Positions 49,990 to 54,904 of a stretch of 54,904 nucleotides of DNA are shown piece by piece. The DNA comes from Octopus bimaculoides (lineage: Eukaryota): NCBI RefSeq assembly GCF_001194135.2, contig NC_068983.1:99513281-99568184 (forward strand), given 5' to 3'. The notes beneath the pieces were generated by a model. It was not told where the DNA came from. It searched no databases and worked only from the letters and a program-made list of their open reading frames with translations. A program made the translations under genes and the position numbers. Numbering within the stretch: the first letter of the stretch is position 1; every line of letters starts with the position of its first letter.

Positions 49990-50975
49990 CACTACATACT
50001 GTATGAATTTAAAAAAGACTCTTCAGCAATCTAAAAGCAAAGAAATATTTGTTCTGTCTATGGAAGTGAAGCTTTAGGTATTCAGGCATCCCAACAATGG
50101 TTTAGTCAGATTTGCTTTGGAAATTTTTCTCTTACAAATTCCCATTCAATCATGACGACTAAGTTTTGTCAATATTGAGCTTCTGAAAACCATAGTTGAA
50201 GAAAAACCAAAGCAAACTCTATGAGAATTAGCAAAACAGTTCAATTCAAATTGTACTTCAATCATAAAACACATTCATAGACCAAGAAAAAAAAGTGTCT
50301 AAACTTGGTCAGTGTATCCCTCATCATGTGACTGTTTCTCAGCTTAAACCAAGAGTCACCCTCTGCTTGTCATTGAAGAGCAGACTTGCTACCCAACTTT
50401 CATGAATAGGATCATCATAATAGTGAAAATTAGGATCTCTATAATCATATATCCAATGAAAATGACAAGAGTTAACACCCAATGCAAAAGGAAAATCCAT
50501 CCTAAACCAGGGTTACACCTGAAAAAAAGTTATGCAGGGTTTCACGAGATATGAATGGTGTCATCTATCATGAAGTATTAAACCAAAATTAAACAGTTAA
50601 ATATTGTCATCAATTGGAAGCATGGCACAAACTTTGCAGAAAAAGTGCCCATCATTGGTCAATTGTAAAGGGATGTTACTCTTAAATGATAATGCAAGAC
50701 CATATATTGCCCAAGTCACCCAAGAAAAGATTATGATACTAGATATAGAAGATTTCGCCTCATCCTCCTTACACTCCTGACCATACCCAATCTATCAATT
50801 TTTCAGATCTTTGCAACATTAGAGGAAAAACAGTTTATTAAATGTGAAGAGGTCAGAAGTGATACTGTTTCTTTGCTTTGAAACCTGAAGAATTTTATAC
50901 AAAAGGGCTTAAAAATTTGCCAAATAGATGTGATTATGTTTCCAATAATGAGGGAAAATAATATCATGATTAAAT
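49990..50975 (+). mobile_element. Old degenerate mariner
   Basis: Remnants QQWF, GQCIPH, LLNDNARPY, HPPYTPD. Confidence 0.7.
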
Positions 50976-51499
50976 ATATCAAGACAAAAATTGCAGTTGT
51001 CTCTTTCCCATTATGAAATGTAACAGGACTTTCTCTCTGACCTAATATATCAATATGCACACACACAACATATAATCTTAACATTCTGTTCATAGTAAAT
51101 TTTCAACAGTTAAACTATTTTCTGAGGACCCAGATATTGAAATAATGCAACTTTTAATAAGATTACACTCTTATCTGAGAAAACATGAAAAAAAAAAAAA
51201 AACATAAAAAGTCAGAGGATACAATTTTACTGGCTTTAAATACATTTCAACAGAACAGTTGAGAATTTCACTTCTATTTATTGAAAAAAAAAAAGGAAAA
51301 AAAAAAAAAAAAGGACAAATGAAGTGAAAATATCATTAAAAAATATTCAGAAAGAAAACTTAAAGACTAATTCAACATGACTTTGTGAATGTGAGCATGA
51401 TTACATTACATTTATTGAAATGGTGATAAAAAAAAAATACATTGTTTGTATGAATGTGTATCTTTTGCAATACATATTTCTTCCCTGATGTTTCGGCAT

Positions 51500-51541
<42 letters not shown>

Positions 51542-51551
51542 NNNNNNNNNN

Positions 51552-51598
<47 letters not shown>

Positions 51599-54500
51599 AC
51601 TGTGAAAGTATAAAATATAAGAGCTGAACAGATTGTATTTTCTTGAAAGATGAGACATTACACTGAAAGTTAGATATAACTGAGAATACCTGTGTGTGTG
51701 TGTGTGTGTGTGTGTGAATGTATGTTCAGCAAGTAATCAGAGATGACAGAAGTGACGAGATTCTCAGACATTAGTGAGGAGTGAACAAAAGAGATAAAAT
51801 GACTAGATTTAATAAATAAAAAACGAAAATAGACAAAAATATAGTTTTCGATATTTTTCATCTTAGCCAACCAGCAGCCATGTCACTAAAGTTCAAGCAC
51901 ATCTACAATGTTAGCGCTCAGTCATTAGCAGGAGAGGGTTTTTTTCTATTAATTGTAAAACATGAGATAAAGAACAATTTAGCTTGCTGCCATGAAGACA
52001 AACTAAATACAATGATAAAAGTCCTGCTTCCTGACACTGTCATTGATGCTATGCCTGTAACTATACTAACAACAACTGTAACATCAGTCAAAGCAATTAT
52101 TCTTGCATTTTGACATATACTGTGATGAAGGTGTGTTAATTTAATGGTGTAGTTTACAATACAATCATAATTACCTTGGTACAGAATCCACAATGTTATC
52201 TGACACCAAACAATTATAAAACTGCTCAAATAACTGAAGATATTTAGCAATGCAAAACAAAAACTTAATGAATATTTGACTAATAAATAAATCAATTTAC
52301 TTATTTAAAATTATATCTTTAACTGAATTAACCCAATATTTCAACTCAAACGTTCAGTCTGAAAACCCTTTTCTTTAGCAAACTTCTTTAGAGAATTTAA
52401 GATTTGTCCTTAAATTATATATTTAAATCCTTGTAACAAAGAAGTTGTGTGTTACAATTTGCTTTCCAAAACCTAATTCGTTAACAAACACATTGTAAGA
52501 TGTGAAATTTAGGAGTGACAAAATTCAAAATTTGAAATGCAAATTTATTGTGTTTGAACATCTCAAATAGAAAGAACCTAGACACTCATTGATAAAGCTT
52601 CTGATCCTATCACAAGTTCAAAAGCTCGGAAAAGATTAAAGAAAGCAGATCTAATATTGACTTCTTAATTCTGCAGAATAATTCAGAGCATTATCAACAC
52701 TAACCTTTCTTTAAGGCTAATTTTTCTTCTCATCATTATATATGTAAACAGAGTATTCTCAGAAAACAGCCACATAATTTGTCAGTGTAAGACAATTACC
52801 AATAAGCCCAAACCTATTCCATTCAGTTCAGTGATAGTAACCATAATAGTAAGCTGATATGAATAAAAACTATCAGTATGAAAAACCATATGAGACAGAA
52901 GTCACACTTGAAAGTAGCTATAGTTACAGCAATTCTTATTGCTTAGTATCACTGTAGAGTGAACTATACTTAACAGATTGCTGTCAGACCTTAATCGTTC
53001 TCCCAGGACAATTTGATGACACATTTTGATTACACATGCACACACAATGGTTTATGTGGTTTCTCAAGTTTATAGCCTTTATAAGCAATAACTTGATAGG
53101 ATGAAATGAAGTGCACTGGTTAGATGAACTAACTCTAAATACATGCACAAATTACAAATAGACCAGATTGCAATCTCAGCAAAATTTTCTGGAAGTTAAA
53201 TCAATATTAAATTTAACATTATATTGTCTTGTTTTGTTTCTTACTTAGATTATTTAAACCTTATTTTCAGATAATAAATCAAACAGCAGATAGTAGGTGA
53301 ACTGTACTCAATATCCATAGATAAATTTTTTTTATGGAGAAAGAGGCAGACATAATTATTGAGTACAGTTTCAATAAGCTAGTACTTGAGATTGCACTGA
53401 TAATACATCGTCTAAGAAATTTTAATTGCTCTTGGAAGAAACATTCAGAAAAAAATAGATAATAGTATGAACAAAGAGAGTATTCAAGGGGGCAGTTATT
53501 TCAATGAAATTGTGAAAGAAAAGATACATCAACGACGAAATGGTGTCAAACATATGATTCACGAACATGAAGAAAAAAAAAATTATGAGAAATTTCAAGT
53601 TATATTTTAAAATAAAACAACTGAACTCAACTAAATTTTGGTTGTCTACAAGGGAAATATCAGCGACATACATCTATGTTATATCTTTGTTAAAAGATGG
53701 GGTTTTTTTTTCTTTGAATGGCTGTATGCATGCATATGGAAAAAGAGAGAGTGAATAACTCTGTTTATAGTTTATGAAATTATGGCCATCAAATACGCTA
53801 ATTAGATTCCAAAAGACAACTTAATCAACCAAAAAGATTTAGAGATAAAAACATTAATTCTAATAAAAAGAGAAGGAAATAGAAAATTATAAGAAACATT
53901 TTTTGGTGAGGCTATTATGACTAGATATACAAATATACACTGTTGAACCAATCTCTTACTGAAGATACAAATGCAGTAGCTACAGATATCAATGCAAAAG
54001 TAAAATCCACTGATTTGTAAAGTTTTTATGTCTGTGACAACAAGAAAAGCTTATTCCTTCTAAGAGAACAGTTTTCAAAACAATTAGGTGTTATGGTTGC
54101 TATGTCACAGATAAAAAAAAAAAAGTAGATGGTGCACGCACACACACACACACACACACATTTGTATGTACATGCATGTACATACACCCACATACATACA
54201 TAAATGGAACTACTGAGATATATATGTGACAGAAAAATTAAAAATATTTTAGAGCACCATCTGTTTGGAAAGAGTCAAAGAGCATAACTAGTCATCCCAA
54301 CTTGGAATAAAAACCTCAACCAGTAAGGAATTGACTACAAGCTAGTCAGCACACAGTTTGGTAGTAAGATCAGGATAGTTTACTCAAAATATGACCCTCA
54401 AATAAACACCATTAATAAATATATTATGTTTTACAATAGCAATAGCGGTTGAAGTTGGCTGCTGGTTGCAAATGGATAGGAATTGAGAACCCAACAGATG

Positions 54501-54858
54501 GACAACAGATGAAACATTGCAAGTTAATACATAATTTCAATACAAAAATAATGTTACCAAATAGTAGGGAAGAGGAAATGAAGTGGAGGGATGATGGAGA
54601 AGTTACATAAAAAGCATTTTAGTAGTTGCTGAGTTTCAATACTCACAACAAGACACTCTCCATGAATATCTTTCCTTCTTATAACATTTTCCAATTTTAC
54701 AAATGGCTTCCTTAAGGTTTACATAATACATTCAATTGAATTTTAAAAAATATATTTACAAACTAAAAAAAGGATAAAAAAAGCACAAGATGGTAAAAGA
54801 CTTAAGAATGGTTATGCCAAGTCATAGGACTAACAGTTTCCTCATTAGCAAAACCAAA

Positions 54859-54904
<46 letters not shown>

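Overview
Eukaryotic, AT-rich, repeat-saturated scaffold segment with four long and three 10-N assembly gaps. It is very likely an octopus (coleoid cephalopod) genome, inferred from my recall of its SINE and RTE families, not from a search. Most of the window is decayed transposons: Penelope-like elements (PLEs), RTE, L1/Tx1, CR1, R4/Dong and CRE LINEs, an LTR, Helitrons, mariner, maT, Merlin and hAT DNA elements, three tRNA-derived SINE families, and microsatellites. One unidentified multi-exon protein-coding gene can be traced on the + strand from 11999 to 42736. Its splice phases chain consistently, but several internal exons carry in-frame stops, so it is either a decaying pseudogene, a gene rescued by alternative splicing, or (speculatively) a stop-recoding case. 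There is weaker evidence for a head-to-head minus-strand gene with micro-exons at 5.4-6.0 kb and for a minus-strand 3' UTR at 51-54.9 kb. The most notable non-coding structures are hammerhead-ribozyme motifs of three architectures linked to PLE ends and several long fold-back repeats. No rRNA, true tRNA gene or CRISPR array was seen.
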